Of a DNA stretch of 41,996 nucleotides, positions 19,113 to 28,440 are shown piece after piece. The stretch lies in the IMG/VR virus record IMGVR_UViG_2681813224_000020. One strand, 5' to 3'. Position numbers and translations under genes: made by a program. Below the pieces are notes generated by a model. It worked only from the letters and a program-made list of their open reading frames with translations. It was not told the origin of the DNA and made no database searches. Origin of the DNA: a virus. Taxonomy: Duplodnaviria > Heunggongvirae > Uroviricota > Caudoviricetes. Numbering within the stretch: position 1 is the stretch's first letter; each line of letters begins with the position of its first letter.

Positions 19113-19886
19113 TCAGGCGAGATAAGAATGAGGGTTGGGAAAAACGATTTCTTTATAACAGCGACAATTCGGGAGCTCGCCAGCGTGACCGGTCATGCCA
19201 TCAAGCGTTGGAGGTTTTCCCCATTCGACAAACTTACCTTCCATCTCCCGATGAGAATGCCGGACGTCGCCATCTTCGGCTGTACGCCAGATATAACCAT
19301 TCGAGCCGATTGACAGCGCACGCGCCTGATCGAGCGCGCCGGTTGCACGTCCAAGTTCAGTACGGGCGATAAGGTTCGCTCGTGAGCGTGACACGTCACC
19401 GGACGCAGCTATCTCTTTCGCGAATGGCTCAGCGCGGCCACCAGTCACAACGGCCTCGATGGCTTTGTTCTGAATGTCATACACCCGATCGGCGGCCTCA
19501 AGAGGGAGCGATTTGATGTACTTAATCTGCTCGGCAACGATGGATTTCATCACCTGGCCTACCGGGGCGCGGTCAACCATATTGCGCAGCTCTGCACTGA
19601 TGTTCCGGCTGTGCTGACGCCACTGCTTTTCATTCTGGCGCGCTATGTCTGCGGTAAAGTTCTCAGCAACCTTCGTCGCCCAGGGGGTGATGATTTCGCT
19701 GTAGCGCTCCAGCGCATCCATTATTTCGGTGACACTGTCATTTGAACCATCGTAGCGACCATTTACGATATCCCCGACCGCCCGCGCTATCTGCCGTAGG
19801 CTCGTTCGATATCGGATTTCCGCCTGGCGACTCTGGAGGTTTGTCGCCAAGTTCGCCGATGCCTGGCGGCGCTTCGTCTTCGGCAT
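19113..19886 (-). CDS. Head morphogenesis protein (Mu gpF / SPP1 gp7 family)
   Basis: 257-aa ORF directly after the portal gene with an RBS-like GAGGA; overlaps the portal 3' end by about 150 nt, so the true start may be the internal Met at 19721. Confidence 0.65.
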   Translation of the reverse strand: MPKTKRRQASANLATNLQSRQAEIRYRTSLRQIARAVGDIVNGRYDGSNDSVTEIMDALERYSEIITPWATKVAENFTADIARQNEKQWRQHSRNISAELRNMVDRAPVGQVMKSIVAEQIKYIKSLPLEAADRVYDIQNKAIEAVVTGGRAEPFAKEIAASGDVSRSRANLIARTELGRATGALDQARALSIGSNGYIWRTAEDGDVRHSHREMEGKFVEWGKPPTLDGMTGHAGELPNCRCYKEIVFPNPHSYLA

Positions 19887-21204
19887 TCTCTATGTCCTCG
19901 TCGGTAATGGACGCCCCGATGCCGGTTACGTCAGAATTTTCGCGCAAATCAGTCATAGCGGCTTTCAGTGTCATCAGACCATCACCCAGCGCCGTACTGA
20001 TCGCGGTGGTGGTGTTTACGGCCACCGTTGAGCGGTCAACGTCAGACATTTGCCATAGCGGGTTAAACTCAAACGTGAAATCGTCCGGCAGCGGCTTGCC
20101 AAGCTCCGAACGATGCATGATGTCCAGTATCCGACGCATCGGCATCCGTAAGCGGCGTTCCTGCAATGAGCTCACCCGGTCGTAATAGTTGGCGAGGTCT
20201 GCGTCACCAGTAGAGAAGCCTTTCGGGGATTGACCGAACAGTCGCACCAGCGGGATACCAACGGCACCGCTGATCTGCTCAGCGAACTGCGAAAGAATGT
20301 CATCCAGACCGCTGAAGCTGTACTGGTGGGTTTCGAACTTATCCCGCGAGTCCATGAGCGTCATGCCTTCATTGCTCTGGAACTGGCGGATCAGGTCGAT
20401 GTTCTTCAGCAGCGCTTCATACGCAGGACCACCAAGTGCGATAAGCTCGCGTAGCTTCTCCACGCTGTAGGTACGCAAATGCGCTTTGTAGACCAGCTGC
20501 GCCGCGCCGACAGTGGCGCTGTCGAACGCAGTAAGCCGATCCCAGATACGCTCTACAACCGACATTCCCCATTCGTTTTCGGTCATCTTCTGCTGGAATG
20601 GCAGCGTCACCCCGTCGAAGCGAATCAGGCGGCTGTGATGGATGCGCCAGGCTGGAATGCCCGTGGCAGTGGTCACCACATCGTAAAACTCAGGTTTGCC
20701 GAGATCCGGCCCCATCTCTTTAATGCGGCGGGTCATCACCGGGTTAATCATCCAGCGGTCGAGCGGGAGAATGCCCTTAAACTTGCCTTCTCCAATGGTT
20801 TCGAGCCGCAGCGGGGTCATTGGTGCCTGCCCCTCAATCATGATGAAGCCAACCGCACCGCCATAGAGGCGCGACCATTTCAGCACGTCATTCAGCGCAT
20901 CCCAGATTTGCAACTCATCCAGTTGTGATTCGAGAATGCCGCGATCTTTTGCATCAATTTCCGAAGTGATGCGAATGCCTTTGCGGGTCATATCATCTGG
21001 GATAGCATCGACCGCTTCGCCGATGATCCAGGACGAACGATAGGACCATTCCACCAGCATGCGGTTACGACTGGTGAAATTAGCCCGGTAGGTGGATGCT
21101 GAGTGCTGGTTAGGTGTCTGCATCCCTACGCGGGCAATAAAATTCTCATAACCATCAGCTGTGGCCTGCGCAGTTCGCCGCAGGGCTTGTTTGTTTCGTG
21201 CCAT
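19738..21204 (-). CDS. Portal protein
   Basis: 488-aa ORF immediately downstream of the large terminase; size and position typical. Confidence 0.75.
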   Translation of the reverse strand: MARNKQALRRTAQATADGYENFIARVGMQTPNQHSASTYRANFTSRNRMLVEWSYRSSWIIGEAVDAIPDDMTRKGIRITSEIDAKDRGILESQLDELQIWDALNDVLKWSRLYGGAVGFIMIEGQAPMTPLRLETIGEGKFKGILPLDRWMINPVMTRRIKEMGPDLGKPEFYDVVTTATGIPAWRIHHSRLIRFDGVTLPFQQKMTENEWGMSVVERIWDRLTAFDSATVGAAQLVYKAHLRTYSVEKLRELIALGGPAYEALLKNIDLIRQFQSNEGMTLMDSRDKFETHQYSFSGLDDILSQFAEQISGAVGIPLVRLFGQSPKGFSTGDADLANYYDRVSSLQERRLRMPMRRILDIMHRSELGKPLPDDFTFEFNPLWQMSDVDRSTVAVNTTTAISTALGDGLMTLKAAMTDLRENSDVTGIGASITDEDIENAEDEAPPGIGELGDKPPESPGGNPISNEPTADSAGGRGYRKWSLRWFK

Positions 21205-22826
21205 CAGGCCTGTCTCCCTAGCAGCTCCCAGATGTTCAGGGCTGAATTCATTGGGGCATAGTTGATCATCACCGAGTCGGCAAGGTTTGGCGATCGGGTT
21301 CCATCAGGCTGTTTATCAATAACGATTTTTCCCACACCATTAATGGAATAGGTCGGCTGCGAAAGCTCGATGATGAGTTTATCTTTGAGTGCCATGCTAC
21401 TGCTGATTGAGATGATTTCGTCCGGGTTGTAAGCCATACCTTCAACCACGGCGCGCCAGGTATTCTGAAAAAGTTTACGTAACCGCCACCAGCTCTGGGC
21501 TTTGGCGTTAGCGAAGAAGTCCTTGTTCAGACGTGCTGCTTGCCCGTTGTCCCCGCGAACAGCTTCATCATCCGGATCAAATACCGCGCCACTACCTCGA
21601 AACGGTGTGGCAAGTATTGACGGTCGACGCGCAGCGTTACGCAGTTCGTTGATAGCGCGTGCATCGCCGCGAACGCCAGCGCCCAGCCCGTCCTCGTCAA
21701 AGCGAAACTCTTCAAGATCGTCCTGTTCGCAAAAGCCGAAGACCTTCTCGACGGACTGATAAATGTCGCTGCCCACACCGGACCATTCCCGCACATTTTC
21801 CAGGAGGAAGCCATGACGGGTGGAAAAGGCATTTTTGTCCCTGCCTTCGTCGGCGACATCCATCGCGCCAAGTCGTTTGCCTGTTGGCTGGATACCCAGT
21901 TTGATATGCGCATCAACGGCAGCCTGTACCCATTCGGATGGAATCAGGACGCCTTCCGCTGATGCGCTGTAGTTCAGATCAAGTTCCTGTGCCACCACCA
22001 CCGGATTATCGATTTTCTCGCATTCCCTGCGATACCACTCTTCATCCTTGCGAGGATCATCCCGCCAGTGGAATGTGAATACCGGTATCTTCCCGCCATG
22101 ACGCTTCTGAGCGAACGGGTTCGCCATGCCGTTAACTGAACTCAGGTCAATACGGCAACGCGTCGTTTGTGACAACGCCGCATCAATCAGCAGAGGACGC
22201 TGAAGGAATGCAGCCTCATCAACCAGATAAAGCGTGGTACGGTCACCACGACCAATATTATCGCCAGCCTCGCCTTTGATAACGGCACCAGTTTCAGGAA
22301 ACTCAACACGCATATATGGCGCGTGCTTCTTCTCGCTCCACGAACCGCGAAACTCTACAGGTAGTGTTTCCACGAACTTGCGCGCCTTCCAGAACAATGC
22401 TTTCGGGTCACCGGTGCTGTCGACGTATTCCTCTTTACGGGAGCCGAAACCGATAACCATTTCTTTGTTGAAGAGACAAAGCGAGCAGGCCAGTCCGATC
22501 GCGGTCCAACTGAGCCCCATTTCACGGGATTTTTCGGTAATACCATTCTCCCGATTGCTCCAGCGTTCCATAATCCAGTGGATCCACTCCTCCTGCTTAG
22601 GGAAGAGTAAAAACGGAATGGTCACCGGCAGGCCATAATCAATATTACGCGGGTCCGTTGTCATGCCCCAGTCGATGATGAACTGAGCCGGATTGGTTCG
22701 GTAAAACTGCTTCAACACGGGCAATATTTCAGGATTCTGGCGAATGCGCTGTAGGCGTTCCATCCGCCATTCAAAAACCATCTGGTAATCAGGATGTTTA
22801 AAATCGAAGGGGAATGGTAACGGCAT
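21204..22826 (-). CDS. Terminase large subunit
   Basis: 540 aa; Walker-B-like [10 protein letters not shown] in the N-terminal ATPase region and a C-terminal nuclease-like region; follows the small subunit. Confidence 0.85.
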   Translation of the reverse strand: MPLPFPFDFKHPDYQMVFEWRMERLQRIRQNPEILPVLKQFYRTNPAQFIIDWGMTTDPRNIDYGLPVTIPFLLFPKQEEWIHWIMERWSNRENGITEKSREMGLSWTAIGLACSLCLFNKEMVIGFGSRKEEYVDSTGDPKALFWKARKFVETLPVEFRGSWSEKKHAPYMRVEFPETGAVIKGEAGDNIGRGDRTTLYLVDEAAFLQRPLLIDAALSQTTRCRIDLSSVNGMANPFAQKRHGGKIPVFTFHWRDDPRKDEEWYRRECEKIDNPVVVAQELDLNYSASAEGVLIPSEWVQAAVDAHIKLGIQPTGKRLGAMDVADEGRDKNAFSTRHGFLLENVREWSGVGSDIYQSVEKVFGFCEQDDLEEFRFDEDGLGAGVRGDARAINELRNAARRPSILATPFRGSGAVFDPDDEAVRGDNGQAARLNKDFFANAKAQSWWRLRKLFQNTWRAVVEGMAYNPDEIISISSSMALKDKLIIELSQPTYSINGVGKIVIDKQPDGTRSPNLADSVMINYAPMNSALNIWELLGRQA

Positions 22827-22828
22827 AC

Positions 22829-23401
22829 TTAGCCCATCATTTTTCTATACGCCTCTGCAGCCTGCTCCGGCGTTAAGTTGGTAATTTCTGTTCTGACTGG
22901 TCCTCCATCAGCGCCAGTCACTTCATTTTTGACGTTGTCTTTAAACGCCTGAACAGAAACATGACGCCCAAGCAACTCAAGGTTTTTAACCTTATCAGGC
23001 CACTTAATCTTTTTAAGGATCCCGACCATTTCTCTGTCATCTCCTCGCCCCTCAAACATTTCAGCGAGGTTAAATCCACTCAGGTACCGACGCCACGATT
23101 CCGGCCACGCAGACAGAGGCTTAATACTTAAATCGTCCTCCAGGATGTCAGCCACATCGAGCCTGTCGATCTCAACCAGTCGCATCAGCACATAATTCGC
23201 ATCAATGCCCAGTTGATCAATACGCTCCTGCTTTAGCTCGTTAATACGGGCGCGTATCTCAGGTTTACCGTATAGTTCAGCCCCCGTAACATGTGCTCGC
23301 CTGGAGACGTAGCCTGCGCGAATAGCTGCTTGTGTAGCATTCAGATCGACAAGAAACTCGCGACAAAACACCTCGTGTTTTGCTTTCAGCTTCTTAGTCA
23401 T
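22829..23401 (-). CDS. Terminase small subunit
   Basis: 190 aa; N-terminal [24 protein letters not shown], typical of small-terminase DNA-binding domains. Confidence 0.8.
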   Translation of the reverse strand: MTKKLKAKHEVFCREFLVDLNATQAAIRAGYVSRRAHVTGAELYGKPEIRARINELKQERIDQLGIDANYVLMRLVEIDRLDVADILEDDLSIKPLSAWPESWRRYLSGFNLAEMFEGRGDDREMVGILKKIKWPDKVKNLELLGRHVSVQAFKDNVKNEVTGADGGPVRTEITNLTPEQAAEAYRKMMG

Positions 23402-23462
23402 TTTATTTTCCAGTTATCAGGTCATTATCGAAGCCCCTCCTGGAAGAGCTTCTGTAATGCTA

Positions 23463-23987
23463 TTACCGGGACTGTTCTATTTGTCGGACACCAGCCAACT
23501 GGTTATTCGCCTTCTCGATGGCTGCCAACAGTGGGTTAATCCACAGAACAGCCTGGCAATATGTCAACGTTCTGGTGGTAGTGGCACGATCACCGGCTGA
23601 GTCAATGTCCCCGGAATCGGCGTGCAATGCGCTGGCGCGTAAACGGTTCGCGTAGTTGAGCAACCCGACAGCAATATCAACAGGAACAGGGAAATCACAG
23701 TTCTTTTCACGGAGCAGAACCTCACGGTATTTGATGACTGTCTTCTCGTGACCGATGTCGACCAGAGAATTTAATCGGCTTGCGTTTTCTGCTATCTGGT
23801 TAAAACGATTGAAGTTTAATGCCTGATTAGCTATCACTTTCCCTTGATATTCAGCTTCACCTTCCGCTTTATCAGCCCGCAACTTTTCTGCCTGATACTT
23901 GCTGTGGTAATGGTTTGCAGACCAGACGAGCGCCCCAAAGACAGAGAAGAAAAATGCCGCGATGACAATCTTATAAGTCAGCTTCAT
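23463..23987 (-). CDS. Rz: Rz-like inner-membrane spanin (i-spanin)
   Basis: 174 aa; N-terminal transmembrane segment IVIAAFFFSVFGALVW, then a coiled-coil periplasmic domain; directly downstream of the endolysin gene. Confidence 0.7.
   Translation of the reverse strand: MKLTYKIVIAAFFFSVFGALVWSANHYHSKYQAEKLRADKAEGEAEYQGKVIANQALNFNRFNQIAENASRLNSLVDIGHEKTVIKYREVLLREKNCDFPVPVDIAVGLLNYANRLRASALHADSGDIDSAGDRATTTRTLTYCQAVLWINPLLAAIEKANNQLAGVRQIEQSR
23564..23710 (-). CDS. Rz1: Rz1-like outer-membrane lipoprotein spanin (o-spanin), embedded in the +1 frame of Rz
   Basis: Hand translation (V/M)KRTVISLFLLILLSGCSTTRTVYAPAHCTPIPGTLTQPVIVPLPPER with lipobox LLSGC and a Pro-rich mature part; GTG start at 23708..23710. 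Confidence 0.55.
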   Translation of the reverse strand: MKRTVISLFLLILLSGCSTTRTVYAPAHCTPIPGTLTQPVIVPLPPER

Positions 23988-24447
23988 TTACCACCCCACC
24001 AGCATCTTTAAACCTGGAAATCAGGTCACCGATTTTATGTTCATACTGACCGTAACCTGCACCAGGTAACGACGCCCAGATATTGCTGCAACGGTCGATT
24101 GCCTGACGAATATCGCCACGGTCAATCATCGGTAAAGCGCCACGCTCTTTAATCTGCTGCAGCGCCACAGCGTCCTGACTTTCTGGCGAAAAATCTTTCA
24201 GGCCAAGCTGCTTGCGGTAGGCATCCCACCAGCGTGAAAGAAGCTGATACCGGCCTGCGGCTGTTGATTTAAGCTTCGGGTTTAGCGTGACAAGTTTGCG
24301 AGGGTGATCGGAGTAATCAGTGAACAACTCACCTCCGACGATAACGTCATAACCGTGATTACGTGTCGGTTGTCGCCCGTTATCCGTTCCTTCTGACCAT
24401 GCCACCATATCCAGGAAAGCTTTACGTTGGGAATTTAGTGTCTGCAT
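23971..24447 (-). CDS. R: Endolysin, lambda R-type lytic transglycosylase
   Basis: 158 aa; near-identical over long stretches to lambda R as I remember it (QRKAFLDM.AWSEGTDNGRQ.TRNHGYDVIVGGELFTDYSDHPRKLVTLNPKLKST.AGRYQLLSRWWDAYRKQLGLKDFSP.SQDAVALQQIKERGALPMIDRGDIRQAIDRCSNIWASLPGAGYGQ). Confidence 0.9.
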   Translation of the reverse strand: MQTLNSQRKAFLDMVAWSEGTDNGRQPTRNHGYDVIVGGELFTDYSDHPRKLVTLNPKLKSTAAGRYQLLSRWWDAYRKQLGLKDFSPESQDAVALQQIKERGALPMIDRGDIRQAIDRCSNIWASLPGAGYGQYEHKIGDLISRFKDAGGVVNEADL

Positions 24448-24450
24448 GAA

Positions 24451-24792
24451 TTACTCCTTAGAGCCACCAAACTTGTTACCGATTACTCGCATTGCAGCCC
24501 CACGAATAGCATCGACACCGATCAGCCCAACACCACCACCAATGGCAACAGAAAGCGATTTAGGCCATCCGACATACTCAAGAGCGGATGCAAAAGTCAG
24601 CGTCAGAGCACCACAGAGCAAAATCTCAAGCGTTTTTCGTTTCCAGCCGCCGCCACCGCCAAAATAGGCAATGCGCAAGCCAGCCATAACAATTGACATA
24701 ACCACTGCGCCCAACGGCGTATCTCCACGCCACCAACTTTGTAAGAGTTCCAGTAAGTCAGGCCAGGAATGAGGAGCATTGTGCATTTTCAT
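24451..24792 (-). CDS. Holin with dual-start motif (Met-Lys-Met)
   Basis: Start MKMHNAPH... preceded by GGAGGTG; hydrophobic segments GAVVMSIVMAGLRIAYF and TLEILLCGALTLTFASAL; immediately upstream of the endolysin. The ORF track adds 6 codons upstream. Confidence 0.65.
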   Translation of the reverse strand: MKMHNAPHSWPDLLELLQSWWRGDTPLGAVVMSIVMAGLRIAYFGGGGGWKRKTLEILLCGALTLTFASALEYVGWPKSLSVAIGGGVGLIGVDAIRGAAMRVIGNKFGGSKE

Positions 24793-24893
24793 ACTTCCCA
24801 CCTCCGCCATTACGGGGTGTTGTTGAAAGGCGGGCCCTGCGTATACGCCCGTAGGATTGGGTTATGAGCCGTCCTTCGGTGGGCCCTGAATAC

Positions 24894-24917
24894 AAAAAAA
24901 GTTCGCCATAGCGAACC
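24894..24917 (-). terminator. Rho-independent terminator between the late promoter region and the holin (lambda tR'-like)
   Basis: Minus strand reads GTTCGCTATGGCGAAC followed by TTTTTTT. Confidence 0.6.
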
Positions 24918-24925
24918 TTGTTAAA

Positions 24926-25195
24926 TTTGTTAAAAAAGGAAGTTATTTAACATAATGTACGTTATAGGAACCACACGATCACCGCTCGCAATAGATTTGC
25001 GATGAAAGGCCTATTTAATCAACTTAAGTGGTCCAGAATGGCGAAATTCGAGTGAATAAAAGGTGCATAAAAAAGGGCAAAAACTGCATAGCGTTTTTTC
25101 GCGACGAAAACCCTGTTTTATTAACTTTTACTGAGAATAAAGCATTAAAAAAGCCCCAATGATTTGGAGCTCTTCGTTGAGGTCAGAAATTCAAC
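24926..25195 (-). promoter_or_regulatory. Late promoter / Q-utilisation region (inferred; exact -10/-35 not resolved)
   Basis: Non-coding AT-rich stretch between the Q stop and the tR'-like terminator, by analogy with lambda pR'-qut-tR'. Confidence 0.3.
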
Positions 25196-25630
25196 TCATA
25201 CCAGCGTAGCGCAGTTTTTGCGTAGCGCACTAATACTTTTTTCATCCCTTTGAATTTCGACCTCAGGATCCATCTGAAGGCTCACACCCAGCATGCAGAG
25301 ACACCCCTCAATGAATCCCTCAGCTACCTGCAACTGCTGGCGGATAAATCCTTCAGAACAGCGACGCCGCCGCCCTATCTCACGTTTGCTTAACCCGTAG
25401 ACGTAGTACAGCATAATGACGTCCAGTTCCTCAGGCTTACGGACCTGCTGCAGTCGACAGACGCAAGCATCGATAATCAGGCCATCGTCGTCACAGCAAC
25501 TCAGCCTGCCAGGCGAGCTGCTGACTACCAGCCCTTTAAATCCCGCCGCTATTGGAGCCCAGCTCACTGTGGTGTTGCTATTGGCAGCCCAGCCACCCCA
25601 GCGCTCTAAAACCTGTTGAATATTACGCAT
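25196..25630 (-). CDS. Late-gene antiterminator Q (QuuD-like family)
   Basis: 144 aa; N-terminal MRNIQQVLERWGGWAAN... matches the start I remember for E. coli prophage QuuD-type antiterminators; CCDDD and Cys-rich motifs; immediately upstream of the late-promoter/terminator/lysis region. Confidence 0.75.
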   Translation of the reverse strand: MRNIQQVLERWGGWAANSNTTVSWAPIAAGFKGLVVSSSPGRLSCCDDDGLIIDACVCRLQQVRKPEELDVIMLYYVYGLSKREIGRRRRCSEGFIRQQLQVAEGFIEGCLCMLGVSLQMDPEVEIQRDEKSISALRKNCATLV

Positions 25631-25679
25631 AGCTCTGACCTCTACGTTTTGCTACGAAAAAATTTTCTGAGAACCACGT

Positions 25680-25935
25680 TTGTTTATCCGTGGGTGTGGA
25701 TAACGCAGTTCCGATTCGCTTATTACACGCTGTTATGTGCAAAAAATTCCTTGTTCGGCCTGTACCAACCTGTACCCACCTGTACCAGCTCTTTTCAAAC
25801 CTTTTCCCCAAGCGACTTATATATATATATGGGGTTCTTAGTAATTAGGTTGGTACAGATGGTACAGTTGGTACTGGCCTTTAAATTCAATTAGTTAAAA
25901 TGTACCAACCTCTATTTTGAGGTTGGTACAGGTTG
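25680..25935. other. Putative origin of replication: DnaA box, two triplets of 10-bp iterons in inverted orientation flanking an (AT)n tract, and a terminal palindrome
   Basis: TGTGGATAA at 25695..25703; direct repeats TGTACCAACC / TGTACCCACC / TGTACCAGCT at 25761..25790 with exact 10-bp periodicity; TTATATATATATAT at 25818..25831; inverted copies GGTTGGTACA, ATGGTACAG, GTTGGTACTG at 25848..25876; 12-bp perfect palindrome TGTACCAACCTC-N6-GAGGTTGGTACA at 25901..25930 overlapping the primase stop. Confidence 0.45.
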
Positions 25936-28104
25936 GGACACCGCCTCAAAAATTCGAGTCATTTTCCCCCCAATTCGCCTTTGGGCACGCTTATACCCGC
26001 AATTTTGCAAAACATTACTAATTCGCATTTCTTCGCGTTTTCCGATGCGGTCAGGATTTAGCCCAATCGCATCACGCAAAACATCACTTGCGCGTAAAAA
26101 TTCGCAATTTCGCGGAAGTTCATTAGTCATCAGGTCTGGCGTGTCGAGCCATTTCTCTACCGTTTCAAGCCAAGCATCCTTGATGGTGTACTGTTCATGG
26201 ACACTCGCTGCCAGTTGTTCAGCCTCACGGAACTGGATACCCCCCAGACGCTGAAACACCTCACGAGCCTCAGCCCAAAGTAAAAGGAGATCTCTTTTTA
26301 TCGCTTTCACGTCGACTTTCGACACTTCCACGGGGAGCCAGCGACGGTTACCAGTCTTGTCCGCAAGGAATTCGTCCTCATTAGTGGTACCAACGAACAC
26401 CAGGCGACGAGGAAACTGGGTGGCGAACTCCCGGTATTTCGGGATCCAGTTTTCGTGAGTACGCGTCACAAACGCTTTGATTGACTCCAGCTCTTTGGTA
26501 TTAAGTCCGCGCAGTTCACCAATCTCTGCCACCAGCCGACCACGCATTTTTCGAGCGAGATCATCGTCTTTTTCGGCAAAAGAGATTTCAGTAAAAAACG
26601 CAGGATCAGGGCTCAGTGCCTCCACTCCGGAAGACTTACCGCAGCCCTGCGGACCAACGAGGATCGGCACCATATCCGCTTTGATGCCTGGCTCCAGTAC
26701 TCGCCCCGCCAACGCGGTCCACATGTACATAGACACCGCACGGGTATAAGGCGTGTCGGCGGTACCGAAGTGCGTATGGTAGAAACATTCGATGCGCGGC
26801 ACGCCATCCCACTCCAGTCCGTTCAGCCAGGTGATCGCTGAATCGAATGGTTGTTCATCGGCTGCAAGTAACACCACATCGCGAATAAGTTCACGACCAA
26901 CAGGTTTAAATCCCCGCTTTTCCATCGTGATGCGTAGGCGCGCATAATCCGCATCAGTGAATGCCCGCCATTGTCCGGATCCTGCAGGGGCAAACATGAT
27001 TTCGTCGCGGAACTGGTCAAAGCGAATATCGATGTCCACAAAATCAGGGCGTACTACTGCTTTGGCTGCGTTGCTGATTGTTGCCTCGATACGCCCCCAT
27101 TTATCACGCTCGAAAGCAGGCAGCGGTAAAGGTTCCGCCACTTCGGTGCTGGTCAGATCTTCGAAATCGTCGTTGCGGATCCCGATGGCATTAAGGAAAT
27201 CTCCGTCATCACGATGCGCACAACTGGCATGCAGGCATTTAAAATGCCCCTGCTCAAAGCCCGCGGTTCCCGCAGGAAAATAAACTGTGCTTGTTGGATC
27301 GCCCCCGCTACTGTGGCCGTCTTCAAACGGACAGCGGATATATCGTTCACCATTTGCGCCATCCAGCAGCGTCCAGCCATTGGCATCAAGATATTCAGCT
27401 GTATCATCCGTCGCGCCGGGCGTGAATGCTGATCGGTCGCGCATCTTCGTGTTGCCCGCTTCGGTGGTTACCGACACAGGGAGTTGTTCAGCCAGGCGCT
27501 GCCACAGCGTTTCAAGCTGCTCACCAGTAATAGCCGGAGGTTCATCCGGCAAACCGCCGTCCCATTCAATACGCGCGCCGCTGCTGTGCGTACCGCAGGC
27601 AACGAACTGCTGCCCGTTCGCCAGCAACTCGATAATGCCCATATCCCCCGCCAGGCGATGGATACGCTTACGGAAATCACCATCAACGGCCAGCAGATAC
27701 AGACACTTATTACTGTTTGCTCGCCAGCGTCGCGGCGGCAACTCACCCAGACGTTGCACAAGCGTTTTGCGAATATCTGCCTGAATGTCTTCATCTTCGC
27801 TATCACAGTCCAGCGCCAGCCAGCCATGGCCTGTACGCACGCAGATGCCATAATCCGGTTCATTCGACCAGCGGGCAAAATCATGCTCAGTAACAACATG
27901 CCCGGTCCATTGAGCAATACCGGTGACCTGGCGGTCCCGGTTATAGCGACTCGGCGTCTTACCCAACGCTTTCAGTTTACTATCAGGGGATATGGTCGCA
28001 CTGGGGTTACATACAACTGGGAGAAGATGATCAGTTCTCCCCAATACCAGGTCGAAATGAAACCACTCATCAGGCGTAGCTCCCCATGGTTTGCTATCGG
28101 ACAT
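25912..28104 (-). CDS. Replication primase-helicase (primase/polymerase-type N-terminal domain plus P-loop NTPase; P4 alpha / D5-like)
   Basis: 730 aa; Walker A LVGPQGCGKSSG in the C-terminal half; acidic primase-like N-terminal region; translationally coupled to the cro-like gene; iterons at its 3' end. Confidence 0.75.
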   Translation of the reverse strand: MSDSKPWGATPDEWFHFDLVLGRTDHLLPVVCNPSATISPDSKLKALGKTPSRYNRDRQVTGIAQWTGHVVTEHDFARWSNEPDYGICVRTGHGWLALDCDSEDEDIQADIRKTLVQRLGELPPRRWRANSNKCLYLLAVDGDFRKRIHRLAGDMGIIELLANGQQFVACGTHSSGARIEWDGGLPDEPPAITGEQLETLWQRLAEQLPVSVTTEAGNTKMRDRSAFTPGATDDTAEYLDANGWTLLDGANGERYIRCPFEDGHSSGGDPTSTVYFPAGTAGFEQGHFKCLHASCAHRDDGDFLNAIGIRNDDFEDLTSTEVAEPLPLPAFERDKWGRIEATISNAAKAVVRPDFVDIDIRFDQFRDEIMFAPAGSGQWRAFTDADYARLRITMEKRGFKPVGRELIRDVVLLAADEQPFDSAITWLNGLEWDGVPRIECFYHTHFGTADTPYTRAVSMYMWTALAGRVLEPGIKADMVPILVGPQGCGKSSGVEALSPDPAFFTEISFAEKDDDLARKMRGRLVAEIGELRGLNTKELESIKAFVTRTHENWIPKYREFATQFPRRLVFVGTTNEDEFLADKTGNRRWLPVEVSKVDVKAIKRDLLLLWAEAREVFQRLGGIQFREAEQLAASVHEQYTIKDAWLETVEKWLDTPDLMTNELPRNCEFLRASDVLRDAIGLNPDRIGKREEMRISNVLQNCGYKRAQRRIGGKMTRIFEAVSQPVPTSK

Positions 28105-28107
28105 GGG

Positions 28108-28320
28108 TTAAGCCTTTTTATCGTTTTGTGAGCCATACAACAGCCAATTAGGGTCGCAATCCAATGCTATAGACATTTCAAGAAGATAACGTGGCCGAGC
28201 AATAACACCACTTTCAATTCTGTTTATTGCCTGCTGGCTCACTCCTGTGAGCTCAGCCAACGTAACTTGCGTCATTTTGAGTTCTTTACGTCGTTCTTTT
28301 ACTCGGGTCGCTAAGGTCAT
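28108..28320 (-). CDS. Cro-like HTH (XRE-family) regulator
   Basis: Start MTLATRVKERRKELKMTQVTLAELTGVSQQAINRIESG preceded by GAGGTGA; divergent from the CI-like gene. The ORF track extends to 28338 via a TTG. Confidence 0.6.
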   Translation of the reverse strand: MTLATRVKERRKELKMTQVTLAELTGVSQQAINRIESGVIARPRYLLEMSIALDCDPNWLLYGSQNDKKA

Positions 28321-28440
28321 TGCTTTCACCTCATACAATTTTAGTGGTATTTAGCAACAACAAATGAGGTTTGTCAAATACAACAAAAATTGTTTTTAAT
28401 GTGGGGATACACATTAATACAACCCAGAAGGACTAATCCC
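28321..28440. promoter_or_regulatory. Divergent immunity-switch region (OR-like) with operator dyads and a candidate pR-like promoter
   Basis: Dyads ATACAATTTTAGTGGTAT (28333..28350) and ATACAACAAAAATTGTTT (28378..28395), third ATACAA at 28417; minus strand has TTGACA-N18-TAAATA upstream of the cro-like start. Confidence 0.45.

Noticed and set aside
24926-25195. tRNA genes downstream of Q, as found in some lambdoid phages
   Set aside because: By inspection there is no cloverleaf-compatible sequence and no conserved T-loop motif in this or other intergenic regions; no tRNA, rRNA or tmRNA is called in the window.
25759-25935. Short tandem repeats that might be taken for a CRISPR array
   Set aside because: Units are only about 10 bp with no spacers of unique sequence, arranged as inverted triplets around an AT tract; this fits iterons/origin, not CRISPR. 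No CRISPR array is present in the window.
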